NCBI GenBank assembly: GCA_973895155.1
Contig: OZ316899.1
Coordinates: forward strand, 7,133,241 to 7,197,240
Direction: 5' to 3'
Source: Marsupella aquatica
Lineage: Eukaryota; Plantae; Marchantiophyta
Length of the DNA stretch: 64,000 nucleotides
Position 1 is the first letter of the stretch; every line of letters starts with the position of its first letter. A program made the translations under genes and the position numbers. A model generated the notes under the pieces. It saw only the letters and a list, made by a program, of their open reading frames with translations, had not been told where the DNA came from and ran no database searches. Below, piece after piece: positions 62,346-64,000 of this stretch.

Positions 62346-64000
62346 AATCAATATGTAACGCCTGATATTGGGGTAATATCACGAGCTATGCGACAACACC
62401 TTGTTGAGGCCATGGTGGCCAACCGTGGGCATGAACCGCAAAGGCAAGAGGATGGGGTACGACATGATGGTGATGATCCTATCCAAGACCATCTTGATGA
62501 GGAGAGGGCCATGGATGAGCTCATGGACCAATTCTATGATGATCACGATGATATTGGTTTGGAGGACATTGGTTCAACCCATGAAAGGACTAGTCATCCA
62601 CATCCTTCTAGGGGGTCCCAAGACAAGCAATGGGAGGAGGTGCAACGTCATGCCCGTACTCGCATATTTGAGGGGAGTAGGTTATCTCGGCTCTCATCAA
62701 TAATGTTGTTGCTCAACTTGCAGCAAAGACATAGGGCAAGCAATCTACTTTTGGATGATGTTTTTCGTACCTTGCATGGTCGTATTTTGCTAGTAGGCAA
62801 CGCATTGCCAGCCTCTTGGAAAGAGGCTAAACAGGTGTTGAGGTCCATTGGCCTGAAGTATGAGGTGATACATGCATGTGTGGATGATTGCATTCTTTTT
62901 AGGGGTGAGCATGAAAATGCCACTACATGTCCTAAATGTCAGAAGCCATGGTACCGTGATGACATGTTGACGGGGAAGGTACCGCAAAAGGTTATGAGGT
63001 ACTTTCCTCTTATCCCTTGATTGCGACATCAATTCTGATGTGCAGAGTTGGCTGAGATGATGGTATGGCACTCACAAAATCGTTCTGATATGGTTGTACC
63101 CTCTAGTGCCATGCGGATGATGGTTGACTCTCCTGCCAATCGATTTGTAGAGGATAGATGGGGAGAGTTCAAAATTGACCCACGACATGTTCGACTAGGC
63201 TTGGCAGCAGACGGTATCAGCCCTTTTGCATTGACAGGAAAAGCCAAACCATATTCGGTGTGGCCAGTAGTGTTGACAAACTATAACATCCCTCCTTGGA
63301 TGGCCATGAAGAAAGGTCACCTACTACTCTCCATGATTATTCCGGGTCCTAAGCAAGTTAAAAAGATTGATGTGTACTTGCAGCCATTGATTGATGAGTT
63401 GATACAACTGTGGAGAGGAGTGGATTGTTATGATGGACGTCACAACACAGGAGGTTTATCCCGCATATTTACTCTAAAGGCCATCCTTATGTGGACCATG
63501 CATGATTTACTAGGTATGGTAAACCCTTATTTCCTCTAGTACCTAAACCTTGTATTTAATTGCAATTATGCAGATTTTTGCCTTGATGAACCTTATTTTA
63601 TGAATGTGTTTAATTTTCTATGCACTGGGCAGGGTTTGGATATGTTTCTGGATTGCAAACATCAGGCTATCGAGCTTGCTCTACATGTGGACCCGATTTG
63701 GAGGGGGTGGCCAGGCCCAAGTCAAGTACTCTGCAAAAAATTGTTTACATTGGTCATACTAAATATCTTCCACCAAACCATCCTTGGAGGAGTGATCCAT
63801 TCCTTTATGATACTGATGAGGGCCAACCTGACATTTGTCCTCAACCTCAGCAAAAGGATCCAGCATATTGGAGAGAGGTATGGGGGAGAGTTCAGGATCC
63901 GGGTGATCCATTACCATTATTCAGATGTGGCATGACCCGTTTGTCTGCATTGTCACAATTGCCATATTGGTCAGATATGCCCATTAATCACTTGTTAGAC
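62346..64000 (+). pseudogene. Tnp2/TnpD (Transposase_21) transposase, runs off window
   Basis: IHACVDDCILFR, CPKC, VMRYFPLIP, RHVRLGLAADGISPF, YSVWPV, YNIPPW, IIPGPK, IDVYLQPLIDEL; intron 63514-63632; then ACSTC, GHTKYLP, LPYW...HLLD; TGA stops at 63018 and 63036. Confidence 0.95.

Larger units (their letters stand above)
56641..64000. mobile_element. CACTA/En-Spm DNA transposon (ends not located)
   Basis: Contains a Tnp2-family transposase and a divergent TnpA/Ptta-like gene. Confidence 0.85.

Overview
Eukaryotic, transposon-saturated DNA with no recognisable host gene; the families present suggest a non-seed land plant, probably a liverwort (inference). The window resolves into a nested stack. 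An old LTR fragment (A0) hosts chromodomain-bearing Ty3/gypsy copies (family A, whose LTRs have non-canonical AGT...ACT ends). These are interrupted by two L1-type LINEs and by several TG...CA solo LTRs with 5-bp TSDs (B1, B2, C, D, E). B and C are 4.0-4.8 kb LTR-like units that each carry one long (~880-1180 aa) gene upstream of their own LTR core promoter, i.e. apparently in U3; a third, truncated homologue (F) starts near 55208. Positions 1-7648 are a ~99.9% identical copy of 37273-44919, consistent with a recent ~37.3 kb tandem duplication. The last ~7.4 kb is a CACTA/En-Spm element with a TnpA-like gene on the minus strand and a Tnp2/TnpD transposase on the plus strand. An intact SET-domain exon sits inside the transposase gene, between the transposase-associated Cys/His exon and the catalytic exons, with splice sites compatible with two alternative products. 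The SET-in-CACTA module and the gene-carrying LTRs are the strongest candidates for undescribed systems.
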